A stretch of 63,004 bases of DNA, filler included, from Aduncisulcus paluster (GCA_024181965.1; 22 parts of 22 records of this genome joined end to end with filler, not necessarily neighbours in it); one strand, 5' to 3'. Numbered from the whole stretch's first letter, positions 46,637 to 59,975 are shown. Translations and numbers: made by a program. Notes: generated by a model from the sequence alone, not told the origin.

Positions 46637-48910
46637 ATGGATATTGATGCTGATCTTCTCAAGATAGATGACATTGATCTCGATAGTCTCTTAAAAGATG
46701 CAAACGAGGCAACTCATTCCGTTGAAGAGGAACTTTTATCTGCCTTGAAGGTTGAAAAAGCAGAATCTGAAGAAAAACGACCTGAAATAACCTTAGGCCT
46801 TCAAGAATTCGATATTATTGATATCAAGCCTCAGAAACCCCAAAAAACTGCCATTTACGAGAAAGGAACTTCCACAGACCCCGCTATTACTAAAGAACAA
46901 GATTTATTTATAAATGAAAAATATTTTAACCCCAGATCTCCCTCTATCCATGCTGAGTCCGCCGATTCAAAAGAGGATGAATATGAGACGAAAAGTTATG
47001 AAGGCGAGACAAGCGAAGAGCATGAAATTATTCCATTACTCTCAGAAGAAGATCTTCGTCATCCTCTCGACTCTATGATTCCGACTTCCCCTCGAAAACA
47101 TGACCGATCCTCTGTATCTTCTGATATCCCATTTGAAGACACTGCAAGGTATTTGAAAGCAATTCCACCATTAATCCCTCAGGAAGACATTGGACATTCG
47201 TACGAACTGTTTGATCTTGCAGATAAGAGTCGTCGTGTGTCATGTGTGAGTTTTTGTGATCGGGGAGTTGCTGTTGCCGTGGTCGGTATCACTGAGAAAG
47301 AAGGTCGTTGGAGAAGTGGAGATCGTATTGATCCGAAAGAAAGATCCGTATATATTGTTCCTACTCACCCTCTCCCGTCTTCTCACATGTTTGAGGAATT
47401 GGAAGGAGATATGGACATTTCTGCGATCATTCATTCGTTGCCAACTCCTGATATCTGCACATGCTCATCAAAACACGTCATACAGTACATTTCTCCATTC
47501 CCACTGACAACTCTCACCGCTGAGAATAGATTTTTATACTGCGGATGCATTAACGGAGAGGTTGTTGTTTTTGATATGATGTCTCAACTTGTTCAACCAT
47601 CTAAATTTAGTTCTTTCTCACATCATGGTGTCGGTCCCGTCTGTTATCTTGGACTTGATGACGATCAAATCACGGCTGTTTGTACCGATTGCTCAGTAAT
47701 CGTATTTAACAAGACACGCTTCCCTGCTCCCGTCAGTATCAATAACATTGACTCGACGGAGACCATTCCTCATGTATTATCCTCAGCTTCCATCTTGATA
47801 ACTGGAACTTTGTTGTTGAGTGAGGAAATATGTCAGAAACAGAGTATCCTGAAGGAGGACCAATCCAAGGCGCATTTCTTGTATAGAAACCATCCTTCTC
47901 TTCACGACAGGTTCGATGAACGTACAAACAAAGCTGAAGTCGTTTGTGGTACAGTTGATGGTCNNNNNNNNNNNNNNNNNNNNGTCAGTATCAATAACAT
48001 TGACTCGACGGAGACCATTCCTCATGTATTATCCTCAGCTTCCATCTTGATAACTGGAACTTTGTTGTTGAGTGAGGAAATATGTCAGAAACAGAGTATC
48101 CTGAAGGAGGACCAATCCAAGGCGCATTTCTTGTATAGAAACCATCCTTCTCTTCACGACAGGTTCGATGAACGTACAAACAAAGCTGAAGTCGTTTGTG
48201 GTACAGTTGATGGTCGAGTTCTTTCTGCACATAAATTTGATACATTAGGGAGCGATAGCATTGCGACTGGAACGTCTTTCCCTTTCTCTTTCGTGCCTGT
48301 GATCGTCTCTTTCTCCTCTCCTTCATTGCCAATGTGTGTTCGTGGATTGGGTGGCATTGCATGTTTGTGTGGATGTGAGGGCGAGGGAATTATTTGGGGT
48401 TGTTCAGAAGAAGATAAGGACCGTTCTTGCGTCGATGTGATGAATTCTGACGGTAGAATAGGATATAGAGCTATGACAGATGATGTGATATCAGAATCAA
48501 AACACTCTCATAGCAACTTTATCAAATTCTCGGTTTCTGGCGGTATTGTCACGGCTGCAGAATGGCATCCATATGGGCTACCGTTGATTTGTTTTGCTTT
48601 ATCCTCTGGTGAGGTTCTGATTGTTGATGTTGCCAGTGTGATCTCTGAAACGCGTGAAAGTGAGAGAAAAGGATACGAGGACGTTATTGTTGATGTTGCT
48701 GACCACGCCATATTCCGCAAAAAGCTATCAGATAGAGACCCAATAATCTGTGTATCTTGGCGAAATAAGAAACATCAGGGAGATTGGAATGAACTTGCCG
48801 TGGGTTGTTACAGTAATGTTCACCTTATCCGAATCCATTCGTATTCCCTATATCAATACGTGAAGATGGATTGGGAAAAGTTGGTTCAAACCTTGGTGGA
48901 ATCCAGTTAG
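46637..48910 (+). CDS. Divergent cytoplasmic dynein intermediate chain-like WD40 protein (contains an artefactual duplication at a gap)
   Basis: YEKGTST resembles the light-chain binding site; GCINGEVVVFD, CTDC, VCGTVDGRV and EWHP...SGEVLIVD follow dynein IC WD40 order. Confidence 0.6.
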   Translation: MDIDADLLKIDDIDLDSLLKDANEATHSVEEELLSALKVEKAESEEKRPEITLGLQEFDIIDIKPQKPQKTAIYEKGTSTDPAITKEQDLFINEKYFNPRSPSIHAESADSKEDEYETKSYEGETSEEHEIIPLLSEEDLRHPLDSMIPTSPRKHDRSSVSSDIPFEDTARYLKAIPPLIPQEDIGHSYELFDLADKSRRVSCVSFCDRGVAVAVVGITEKEGRWRSGDRIDPKERSVYIVPTHPLPSSHMFEELEGDMDISAIIHSLPTPDICTCSSKHVIQYISPFPLTTLTAENRFLYCGCINGEVVVFDMMSQLVQPSKFSSFSHHGVGPVCYLGLDDDQITAVCTDCSVIVFNKTRFPAPVSINNIDSTETIPHVLSSASILITGTLLLSEEICQKQSILKEDQSKAHFLYRNHPSLHDRFDERTNKAEVVCGTVDGXXXXXXXVSINNIDSTETIPHVLSSASILITGTLLLSEEICQKQSILKEDQSKAHFLYRNHPSLHDRFDERTNKAEVVCGTVDGRVLSAHKFDTLGSDSIATGTSFPFSFVPVIVSFSSPSLPMCVRGLGGIACLCGCEGEGIIWGCSEEDKDRSCVDVMNSDGRIGYRAMTDDVISESKHSHSNFIKFSVSGGIVTAAEWHPYGLPLICFALSSGEVLIVDVASVISETRESERKGYEDVIVDVADHAIFRKKLSDRDPIICVSWRNKKHQGDWNELAVGCYSNVHLIRIHSYSLYQYVKMDWEKLVQTLVESS

Positions 48911-49147
48911 AATATACTGTTTTAAAATCTCTGTTTATTCAGTAATCGTCTGATAAATTTGATAATCACAATTTTGATAGATACTATCTATCTATACTTG
49001 CTAGCTTACATTCGATTTAAGACATAAACATAATTTCTGATCATTTTCAATAATATGCATGCCATGCATCATCAAATAGCATTGCACAGGAAATAAATTG
49101 AGATATTAAGAGCGGAAGTCCAAATTGAATTCATTATTATTAAAACA

Positions 49148-49948
49148 TTATCCGTAGAGTTCTTCTTCAATCAATATATCTAATCGATCCAAGACAGCAT
49201 ACTGCGGATTAGCATTATCAAATTCATGGAAAATCGGTTGAGATATCATTTGAGGAACCGGGGACATCCCTTGACGTAGTACAGTTGTTGGAGGACTCAT
49301 TTGAGTTGGATATGGAAGCATTCTTTTGACTTTGGACGGGTTTCTTTCAAGGATGTTTGTGGCTTTAGACCCCTTCTCCCCCTTCGAAGAACAGCAACAA
49401 CACTTCACGATGATCACAATTGCAACAACAACAACTGCAACACCTCCACAAATGATCAGGACAAGTTGCCATGTTTCCAATGAAGACGTAGAGAGAATTG
49501 TTTCACATGAGTCTCCTCCAAAACCATCATAACATTGACACATCACAAGCTCTGAATCATTTTCTATTGCAAACACACACGTTCCATTTCCAGAACAATT
49601 GTCGTCAGCGACACATACCAATTGACATGCAGACCCAAAGAATGTGTCATCGGAACAAGAGCATGTATTAAACACAGAACTGCAAGTACCATTGGTGCTA
49701 CAAACATTTCCGTCTGAATCTGTCGGACATTGTCGTGAACATTCATCTCCAAACCATCCATCGAAACATTCACAGATAGCGGTTGAAAGATCGGTCGAGT
49801 AAACACATTCTCCTCTTTCTCCACCACAAGAGTCACATGCACCATCAGCAGCAGCAACACAGACGTTAGAGGCTGTGTCAAGGTAGAATCCTGTCGCACA
49901 CACACAGGCAGTTTCACCAGAACTATTGACACCACACACGAAATTGTT
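49148..49948 (-). CDS. Cysteine-rich EGF/tenascin-like repeat type I membrane protein, 5' truncated
   Basis: CxCxxGxxGxxC repeats, one TM helix, CCCC, cytoplasmic tail containing NPQY. Confidence 0.85.
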   Translation of the reverse strand, partial: NNFVCGVNSSGETACVCATGFYLDTASNVCVAAADGACDSCGGERGECVYSTDLSTAICECFDGWFGDECSRQCPTDSDGNVCSTNGTCSSVFNTCSCSDDTFFGSACQLVCVADDNCSGNGTCVFAIENDSELVMCQCYDGFGGDSCETILSTSSLETWQLVLIICGGVAVVVVAIVIIVKCCCCSSKGEKGSKATNILERNPSKVKRMLPYPTQMSPPTTVLRQGMSPVPQMISQPIFHEFDNANPQYAVLDRLDILIEEELYG

Positions 49949-50048
49949 NNNNNNNNNNNNNNNNNNNNNNNNNNNNNNNNNNNNNNNNNNNNTTAATTAA
50001 TTAANNNNNNNNNNNNNNNNNNNNNNNNNNNNNNNNNNNNNNNNNNNN

Positions 50049-51320
50049 CAAAGAAATGGTTCAACCATCTAACAATGATTCTTCATCAACAGAAACTACA
50101 AATCACTCTTCCATCACAACTTCTAAACTCACTCAGGACCTCTTATCTGGTAGCAGCTCTTCCATATCTTCCTCAGAAACGACCGCATATGCTGAATCTC
50201 ACATTTCCGAACATCATAGACCATCAATGCACAGCGCCTCACCCTCTTCCCCGAAGTCCACATCAGGGTCTATCTCTGCCTCCTCCTCAGAAATCTACGC
50301 CTCTTCTACATCATCTTCCTCTGTCTTCTCTCCAATGTCTAATATTGAGAGCGAAAGCACAGAGAGCTGGCGATACGTTGGAGGAGTGAGGAAAATAGCT
50401 TCTGCGGCTGCTGCGAAGGCTAGAAGTGAACATGACAGACTGATATCAGAGGAAGCAAGAAGAAGAGTGAGATTGCAGAAGGAAGAACTGAAAAGGGAAG
50501 CTGCTGAGCTAAACAGTACATTCACTGATGGTAGTAGTTATGGTAGAGTTTCAAAGAATCATCATACATTGTCAACCAGTACTCCTGCTGCGTTTTCTCC
50601 TACTCTTGCCAACATGGATCTCTTCCCTCGTCTCTCGTTATCCCTATATTCCAGTGCTCTATCCTCTCTCTTGTCCTCCCTCTTGGCCGAAGGGAGTGGT
50701 ATTCGAAGGGAGATGGAAGGTGGAAAGAGAAGAATGGAGAATAGTTGGTGTGTTCGAGTACGTATTTGGGTGGGTGTTAACACTGGTATTGGACTTGCCA
50801 TGCTTGACGAGGAAAGTGATGTAAAGATTGAATCAGGAGGAGGAGCAGGGAGTGGTAAAGGAGAAGCTACTATTATACGATCGAGAAGAGGAAGTATAAA
50901 GTCTAGAGGTATGACAAGGGAAAAACGAGTCGGATCTTCCAACCTCAGTGTTCTTGGATTATCTAACCCACATGTCTCACCCGAAATGTTACAGCTTAAA
51001 CTTCCTCCTCCTCCTTCTTCTCCTGCATCTCCGCTCTTTCCTTATTTCTCTTCCTCAAATCCCGCTGCCACTCCTCTAAGAATTGTGCAGAATCTCCTCA
51101 AACGTGAGGCCAAGAAATGGAAGAGAATCACACGATTGATGTCAGTTAGTGCATACAACAAAGATATCCGTGAATCCATTCTTCATGAAGGATGGTTTGT
51201 TGAAGTTCTTTCCACATTCTCTCAATACCTCTGCTCTTTTCCATCGGCCTCTCTCCTCTCTTTGTGTGTGTGTGAGTGTGTATGTACCTGTCTCTGTGTT
51301 CTTTGCATATCAAATGAGAC
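50049..51320 (+). CDS. Hypothetical Ser-rich protein, partial
   Basis: Frame open across the contig. Confidence 0.6.
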
Positions 51321-51420
51321 NNNNNNNNNNNNNNNNNNNNNNNNNNNNNNNNNNNNNNNNNNNNTTAATTAATTAANNNNNNNNNNNNNNNNNNNNNNNN
51401 NNNNNNNNNNNNNNNNNNNN

Positions 51421-54400
51421 AGATGCTTAGCCAAGGGACTATCATCCTCCTCTTCCTCTTCATCGACTTCTTCTCTGGTCTTCTTACGTTTCTTCTGGGA
51501 TGTACGCAGAGTTGAAGCAGTCTTGGCCTCAGCCTCTTTTGCTTCCTCTTGTTCTTTCTTCTTCTTTTCCTCTTCTTCTTCTTTCGCTTTTTGCTCTTCT
51601 TCCTCCTCTTCTTCACGTCTCCTTCTCCTTCTTCTCCTTCCTTTCTCTTTCTCTTCTTTCTCTTTCTCCTCTTTCTCTTTCTCCTCTTTCTCTTTTCTTT
51701 CCTGCTCTTCCTGGGCAAGGCGTACCAAGTCTTCCTCTTCCTCCTCATCAAACTGTGGCAGAAGATCTTTGTTGTTGATCTTAGAATTCATAACTACAGT
51801 GAAACCACGCACATTCATAATACGGGGAGGAATATCAAGCACATCGATGAACAATACACCACACAGGGGGTTAAAGTGAGTTGTGGGTTTGATTGCAGAT
51901 ACATCCGACTGCTGGGAAGACCCCTTGGGAGATGGTAAGGCAGTTGAAGAGGCACTATCGGCTACAGAATCGTGTAATTGAGGGATTAGAACACTGGCAC
52001 GTCTGGAACCAGGCCCACTGATGGAGGCAAGGCTAGCTCTACGTGAACCATCGGATGATTGAAGAGCCTCCGTGACATCGGAGGATTTAAGATCAGTAGA
52101 GGATCCAACAGAACCAATAAGAGCACTTCCTGTGGGTGCAGTACTAGCTCCAGTCATCTTATCACCAGGGTCAGCAACAATACCGGGAGTTTTCATAATC
52201 TTGATCTTGCTATCTTTGAACTTATCGCTCGTCATAACAATACATCCCTTCGACATATAGGAATGTGAACCACGCTCACCAACAGGTTTGTGTTCCATGG
52301 CCTTGTCGGAACAGCCAGCAAAGGGAAGGGAGTCAAATACAGCGGGGACATTGAGTTCAAGATCGTCAGTCTCATTCTTGGGCTCAGGTCTTGATCTTCC
52401 GCGACTTCTGGCCCTTTGTGAGGACTTACGCTCACGTTGAACTCTCTCCTCTTCCTCTTTCTTCTGTTTGGCCTCAAGAGCACGTTCCTCGGGGGTCTTG
52501 CGGAATTCAGTCACCATAGTTGTCAGCTCTCCCTCTTCATATGTCTCCTTAAGAGCTGCTGCTTCAACTTCATCGGTATCTACACCACATACAACGACAC
52601 CAGGAGCATACAAACACTCTGCACATGCGAGAGGAGGTAATTTACGCCCGGTATAAGCCTCTTCTTCACCTTCTTCTCCTCTATCTTGCTCAGGTTTCTC
52701 CCCTTCCAAATCATTTTCAGGTGTGGCACCTTCAGGAATACCATTAGGAGATTTATGCCCAATAGAGGCCTTGGCATTATCTTTGGGAGATGGAATAGCG
52801 ATGGATTCTTCATGTTTTGGTTCAGCACGACTTGAAGCAGATTCAGCTCTTTTCTTAGCTTCTTTCTCTTGAGCTTCTCTCTCCTTCTTCTCTCTCTTTT
52901 CTTGCCGCGACTTCTGGCCCTTTGTGAGGACTTACGCTCACGTTGAACTCTCTCCTCTTCCTCTTTCTTCTGTTTGGCCTCAAGAGCACGTTCCTCGGGG
53001 GTCTTGCGGAATTCAGTCACCATAGTTGTCAGCTCTCCCTCTTCATATGTCTCCTTAAGAGCTGCTGCTTCAACTTCATCGGTATCTACACCACATACAA
53101 CGACACCAGGAGCATACAAACACTCTGCACATGCGAGAGGAGGTAATTTACGCCCGGTATAAGCCTCTTCTTCACCTTCTTCTCCTCTATCTTGCTCAGG
53201 TTTCTCCCCTTCCAAATCATTTTCAGGTGTGGCACCTTCAGGAATACCATTAGGAGATTTATGCCCAATAGAGGCCTTGGCATTATCTTTGGGAGATGGA
53301 ATAGCGATGGATTCTTCATGTTTTGGTTCAGCACGACTTGAAGCAGATTCAGCTCTTTTCTTAGCTTCTTTCTCTTGAGCTTCTCTCTCCTTCTTCTCTC
53401 TCTTTTCTTGTTCTTTCCGTTCTTCTTTCTCTTTCTTCATGGCCTCTTTTTGCTCCTTGCGCCAGAGCTTCTTGAGTTTAAGTGGAATACTGAGAGGTCC
53501 GATGGGAACAGGTTTCTTCTTGAAGGAAAGGTAGTCAATGATGCCTCTGAGTTGGCTGTAATCATACAAATTGAGTTCTGTGTAATCAATGCCATAGCGC
53601 TCTATCTCCTCGACACTGACACCATCCATAATGTTAGAAGAACAGGAAGAAGAAGCACGCTGCAACAAAAGGTTGATTTTATCACGTTTGAAGTCTTCTT
53701 CTCTCTCTTTCCACCCAAGTTCCTCCTTTAGTTCTTCTCCAACTTGTTCACCCTCAACAAACGTATCACATGGGTAGAATACAACACGAATGGCACATTG
53801 ACGGTGGAGAATCTTCTTGGGAACACTGAGAGTCAGACCAATCTCTTTGAATTCGACACTAACGTTGCTGCTAAACCCAGTGTCCCTCCTTTTCTGGTGG
53901 ATCCAGAGACAAAAGAAAGCGTTACCATAGTCGTAAGAGTGTACAACACCTTCACTATCAAGGACATCTGTTGGAATGTTCTTGCCGGCATCAAGAGAGA
54001 TGCAGACCTTGTGTCGATTGGTATCAGCATCGTAAAAAGTTGGATCCATCGAAACACGGGACAACCGATCAAGAATAGAGAGGGATGTCTGACGAGCACG
54101 GTTAAGTAAAGCCAGCATAACGGATGAAGAAGAGGAGGAAGAGTCCGATGGAGAGGAAGAGTCTCCATGCTCAGTCTTAGAGACACGAGAAGAAGATCTG
54201 GAGGAACTATCAGTGATCTCCGCAATGGGTTCATCGCCATCATCAATGGCACTCCCACCTTTCATCTTTTGAAGGATAGAACGAAGTTGGGCAGCAAGTA
54301 TCATGAGACTCACACTACCTCGGAATAAATTACGGATAAATGTCGAAGGATTGACACCAGGAGGGAGACCACACTCAGAAGAATGAATGGGATTATCGAG

Positions 54401-54968
54401 AATCTGAGTGGCAAGCTCAATACACTCTCCACTATCACGTTCCTGTTCAGTTAGAACGGTGACTCCTACCAACTCACGTTCTAAAGCATTAATATAGGCG
54501 GAAACAGATCCTGGATCATGAGGATTAACTGAATATGCACATGAAAGATATGATGACCAATCATTGTGAGCCTTTCCTTTCCGTTTTACAACAGCAGCTC
54601 TATCTTGAAATTCTTTAAGCGTTGAAGCGAGTTCAACGGATTCTATTTAAATATGACCGAAATTGGAGATAAAATAATTGTTTAGAAAAACACAAAAACA
54701 TAAATAAAGACTTCATATCGAAATAAATTGGAATGAGTGACAAATAAAGTAAAAAATTGCATACCTTTTTCTATTTGTGATTTTAAACGATCTTTTTTCT
54801 TTCGGATATCAAGATGCACCTCTGTTACTTCACGTTGAAGTGAAGATTTCTTATTTTCAAGGTGCACTAAAAATAAATGGTTTTCAAAGATAAAATATGT
54901 TAAAATTAAACTTATCATAAAACTAAATTTTGAAATTTGTAAAAAATGACAAAGTTATACATACACAT
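51421..54968 (-). CDS. DNAI7: CASC1/DNAI7 (IC97/FAP94) axonemal dynein-associated protein; introns 54643-54764 and 54867-54964; start uncertain; 3' truncated
   Basis: After splicing: DWSSYLSC...NPHDP..VSAYI (Casc1 N-domain-like), LW....VEFKEIGLTLSVPKKI....AIRV, and PLCGVLFIDVLDIPP. Confidence 0.7.
52399..53410. repeat. 506-bp tandem duplication that appears exact (likely assembly artefact)
   Basis: 52399-52904 repeats as 52905-53410; 506 is not a multiple of 3 and splits the DNAI7 ORF. Confidence 0.85.
54643..54764 (-). other. Spliceosomal intron (122 nt)
   Basis: Minus strand GTATGC...AATAG; removal gives AAA G|AA TCC, in frame with the main ORF. Confidence 0.8.
54867..54964 (-). other. 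Spliceosomal intron (98 nt)
   Basis: Minus strand GTATGT...TTTTTAG, AT-rich; gives ATG T|TG CAC. Confidence 0.6.
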
Positions 54969-55335
54969 TGTTGTCAAGACACATAAAAAATCTGGAGAAA
55001 GTAATTCTGAATTTTCTGCATCATCTCAGGGAGATTTTGCATGCAAATGAAAGTATTTTCATTATTCTTATGTTTTATTGGCAGTGAATATTTTAAATCA
55101 TTCAATAATTAAAAGGTTGATTTATAAAGTGAATGAAACTAAGATAGATATATTGAATATTGTAACTTCACTTTAAGTAAAACTAGGATATGGTTTCCAT
55201 CAGCAAATATTGTTATAATTTAATATTTCAAAGCAAAGATTAGATTGCTTGCTCTTGACTCTGTCTTTTATTTGAATAACATAAAAGTTTTCATATTTTC
55301 TTTTAAAATTAAAATATTTGCAATTACATTGCTTA

Positions 55336-57603
55336 ATGTCTTTTTCACGGATAAAATCACTCACAAGCTCGTTTCTTTTTTCCCAGTTCAAATCGTGCAA
55401 AATTCAGATATTTGTTGATACTCACGATAAATCAATTGGTTCTAAATTCCGTTTTTTTGAATCATCTTTTAGAAGAGGTTGTAGATCATATGATATACCG
55501 GAGACCAATGTTATGGTTTCTCCCCTTGAAAATGCAATTTTGAAAAAGAAAGATGAGACCCATGATTCACTTATAGAGCAAAATGCATATTTTGTTTTTG
55601 TTTTACCACTTGAACGAATCAAGAATATTTCAACCATTCTGGCAGCAGTTCCGACTTCAAATTTTCCTTCTACTTTCCTTTTTTTCTCTAAGTTTTCATG
55701 TTATATGTTAATTTCAACTCCATTCTTAACCACAAATCTTTCTCGTCCGTTTTCTCGTTTATCATATCCTTATGCTTCTCTCTGGTTGAGTGGTCTATCT
55801 TCCGGACAAAGTGAGTCCGAATCACTCAATATCTTCATTGGCGATTCTTCATCTTCTGTTTTATCTCAAAACAAACTTCTTTCAATTTTCTATAAGCCAC
55901 AGAAATATTTTGAAGTCAAACTTGATGATTGTATTCGTTTTTCACGCAATATTTCCAAAGATACCGTTGTTATGAAAGATATTAAACAAGAAAAAGTTGA
56001 TATTTCTGTTGAATGTGGTTGTGAAAGCCCTTTATGTCGACTTTCTTCATTTTTAAGACAACCATACCATAATTTCCCTTCTATGTGTGTTAGCTATTTA
56101 CATATATATTGGAATGAGTTCAAATCTTTTCCTATTTTCCCCTTACAGTCATTTTCGAATCTGTCTCTTCTCTCTTCTCTCGTGACTTCTTCTTCTCATC
56201 TCTCAATTTCATCAATTTCAAGAGAATTCCTTGCCAAGTGCGATGATTCCTTCTTTGGAGCATATGGAAATGATGACATCAAATTCATTTCATCGTTGTT
56301 TAAAATGGATGTGTCTGCACTGTCAGCTTATATTGATGAAGAAAGAAGCATCGAATCGAATATTTCAAAGCTTTCAAAAGGGATTGAAGAAGAAGAACAT
56401 TGTAAATTGCCACATCCAAGGGGGCTTAAGGAAGAGGATGAATGTAGTGATTGCGTGGATAATGGTGTAGTGTTCTCGCAGTTTATTGGCAAAGAGAGTT
56501 GTTTATTGCAATTGGCGATGCATGTTAGAGTTGAAAAGCATGGATCTTTCGATGACACTGTTCAAACAGTGATATCAGATGATGAAATTGATCGATCGAA
56601 TGAAATTGATAGGAATACTCTTCAGTTAACTCCCTCGTTTATTGCTCTATGTTCACAGTCGTTGCTGACTTTGTTGATAAAACTTCGCTGCGGGNNNNNN
56701 NNNNNNNNNNNNNNATGTTAGAGTTGAAAAGCATGGATCTTTCGATGACACTGTTCAAACAGTGATATCAGATGATGAAATTGATCGATCGAATGAAATT
56801 GATAGGAATACTCTTCAGTTAACTCCCTCGTTTATTGCTCTATGTTCACAGTCGTTGCTGACTTTGTTGATAAAACTTCACTGCGGGATTGAAATATATG
56901 GAGATGCCTGGAAACTTCAACACGGCGGCAATATCGAACATCTTGATACAAGATCCAAAAAATAATCGCTGCCTTTGAGCGTGAGATTGTTTCAGCTCCC
57001 AAGAAGAAAGACGATCTCTTTGGGGTTGAAAAGAACACTGGCCCCTTCCAACCCTCGAGACCATCCTCTCTCCCCCTCTTCTCTGTTGACATTGGTTCTT
57101 CCCGCAAGGAGATGATTCCCGTGTGGCCCCCATCCATCGGTGAGATTGTTGAGCCCATTGTTGACACTGCGGTGTGTGTGATGCCCATCTCTGACGAATT
57201 CCAGCACGTGAATGAGGGAGTGCGTGCCAAGCTGTGCAGTGAAGAGCATGATGTGCATGGAGATAATGCGATGAGTGGAGGCGACGAAGCGAAGGACAAA
57301 GTTGAAGGGGATGATGTGATTGAGGAGGAAGACCACAATGCCCAGACCACATCGCCCACTCAGACCCAAGACAACAAAGATGACGAGGAAGAGGGCCATG
57401 TTCTCAAGAGTCGTCACAAACCGTCCGAAGTGCTTGAGCCTTTCAACTTCAGCTCCATCTCTCAGATGAATGCTTCCTACTTACACATGCTGAGTGAGAT
57501 CAGGGGGGTGTCTGTGGATGAATTGATTGAGAGCATCGATCCTTCCGTGTTCTCCCTTGTGTACGAGCTGTTCAACGTTCTTTCAATGGGAACAATGGGA
57601 TAA
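55336..57603 (+). CDS. Hypothetical protein (gap duplication and a probable homopolymer frameshift at 56957-56962)
   Basis: Consecutive + strand ORFs join after removing the duplicate and adding one A. Confidence 0.5.
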
Positions 57604-57925
57604 TCTTTACTATCTCGTCGGATGTTACCCCACTTTTTTTCTTGAGGAGTTGTAAAAGAGAGAGATATGTTGTCTCGTGCACACATGACTCTCTCATGGG
57701 TTAGTCTTTCAAAAGTAAACAGATCTTAGATGAACTGTCACTGACGATACCAAGAGCTTTCGATTCTAAAGTGTCATTAGAAACGTTACGTATCATACGT
57801 TCCACTGTGGAACGGTTCCTTACTCNNNNNNNNNNNNNNNNNNNNNNNNNNNNNNNNNNNNNNNNNNNNTTAATTAATTAANNNNNNNNNNNNNNNNNNN
57901 NNNNNNNNNNNNNNNNNNNNNNNNN

Positions 57926-59975
57926 TGGAGCATGACAGACAGAGAGATGTGAAAGAGATCATGGAGTCAATGTGTTCTTGACTGGTTGACAGATGACATT
58001 GCTTACCCTTGTAACGGATATCTTTAAGAACATCGAGGAAACGAGTGGCTTCCTCGTTAAACTTCTTACAGATACTGATGGTCACTTCCTTCATAATGGC
58101 ATCTCTTGATGTGCGAGATTTAGTTGAGGTTCTCACTTTCTCACCTTCAAAGTGTTGTTCCTCAGCATCAACTCCATCAACTCCATATTTTCCGGCATCT
58201 TCTTCATCATCTTCTTCATCATGATCATGCAAATGTTCCTTCTCAATGATCTTGAGGGTGGCAGATTCATGCTGTTTGAGAATCTTATCAAGTTCGGAGT
58301 TTACAGTCTTGTTCCTATCATCATCAGACATCGCAGTGATATCGACAATGGGCACAGCAAAATCATCCTCGGATTTCTTGGATTGTGGCCGAACAAAGAA
58401 TTCATTGTAACTTTCCACAATGAGTGAAAGGGCTTGTTCTCCAAAGGAAAGTTCGAGGGCGGATGATGTGGAATGGGAAGAATAGGATTGGATGACACTG
58501 AGAACATCATCAATGATGGATAACGTGATGGGATCAACACTCTTCTTTCGGAGATTAGCCAATTGTGATGGAGTGGAGTATTGGGGGAACAGGGAAAAGA
58601 AAAGGAGTAAAGAGACAGAGTTGGTGCCAAATTCACGATATTCAAAACTCTCGAGACTGAACTTCATATAATCAACTTCATCAGCAAGGAATAGTTTGCG
58701 GGCGATGTCGTTTCTAATTCCGTGACGAATGGAGAATGAACTATATTTCTTCCGAATTTTTGGGAGATCTCTTCGTCCAGAAAATTCTTTGTTTCCCTCA
58801 TCCCATTGTTGTTCCTTCAACTTCTCAAAGTTCTCCATTGAGAAATCATATTCTTGATAATGCAAGAACTGGTACAAGAGTTCAAGGAAGAACTCAAAGG
58901 ATTCTGCAGATACTTCATAGTCATATTTGAATGCAATGTTGTACGTTTCAAACGAGTCAACAATGTGTGTAGTCAGCTCATCATCACATGTTTCATCAAA
59001 GTCTTTGACATCGTGTCCCTGAAGATACAATTTGGCGATGGATTTCCTACTCGGGAAGAAATTGGCAGCAGTGATGGAAATGATCTTCCCTCTGATGTTG
59101 TACAAGAGACTCAGATCGTGTTTGGAAGGATCAGAAGTGTTCGTGGATATGATTCTTTCCTTTTTGATGTGCTCTTCAAATCTCTTCTTGTTTTCAAAGA
59201 TTGTCACTCGACAATTCAGTTCACCATTGAAGATCTCTCTGAGAATGGTCAGAGTATTGAAGAAAGAGGCAACTTCGTCATCTTTCAGTTTTTGGAACAT
59301 CATATCTGCGAGATCACTGATTGAGATGGCCGCATAACTGCAATATTTACAGACTCGTTTGAATTTGTCCTTGTCAACCATCCAACTGAGAAGAGTAGAT
59401 TTGTCTTGGGCATGTTTACGATCGAAGCACAAGTCACTATGCAAACGAACATGGATGGTTGACATGTTGAAAGGAAGTTGCAGAGGAATGAAAAAGACAC
59501 GTTTGAGATATTGATTAGAACCACCATGTGAACCGTGAAGCAAGCTCGGATCATTATATCCATCTTCATCTTCATCTTCGTCTTCATCATCAAGATCACC
59601 TCGATGATTATGACGTCTCGAAAGTCTTCGTTTCCTATCATCATGGAGTTGAATGATAGCCTTACAGGTGGTGTCGTCAAACATTGTGAAGAAACTTTGG
59701 AAGATGGTTGAGTTGGAACAGTTGGGAATGAGCTTGATCAGATATGAACTCATCTCGATGAAAGGAAGCAATTCACAAGTATGGCGAAGGAGATTGCGGA
59801 TGAAATGATATATATTGGCACGTTTGTTGGTTTCATAGTTCACATACAAACAGACACGCAGGAATACATGAAGCTCTCGAAGGAGGGAATTGTACTCACG
59901 GATGCTTTCAGGGGATTCGTGGTACAAACCCTTGGAAACTGTGCGGATATGTTCTCGAACAGATGAGAATAAAAG
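57926..59975 (-). CDS. Hypothetical large protein fragment
   Basis: ORF spanning essentially the whole contig; no recognised motif. Confidence 0.65.

Noticed and set aside
47732-48215. Internal duplication in the WD40 gene
   Set aside because: 232-bp copies flank a 20-N gap; artefact
52399-53410. Biological 506-bp duplication or pseudogenisation of DNAI7
   Set aside because: The copies appear identical and frameshift a conserved gene, in an assembly with many similar overlaps
56522-56887. 173-bp duplication with one mismatch (56687 vs 56880)
   Set aside because: Flanks a 20-N gap; most simply two alleles or a read error
56957-56965. Programmed frameshift at AAA AAA TAA
   Set aside because: A single instance in an A6 run; a homopolymer error is simpler and other genes show no such pattern
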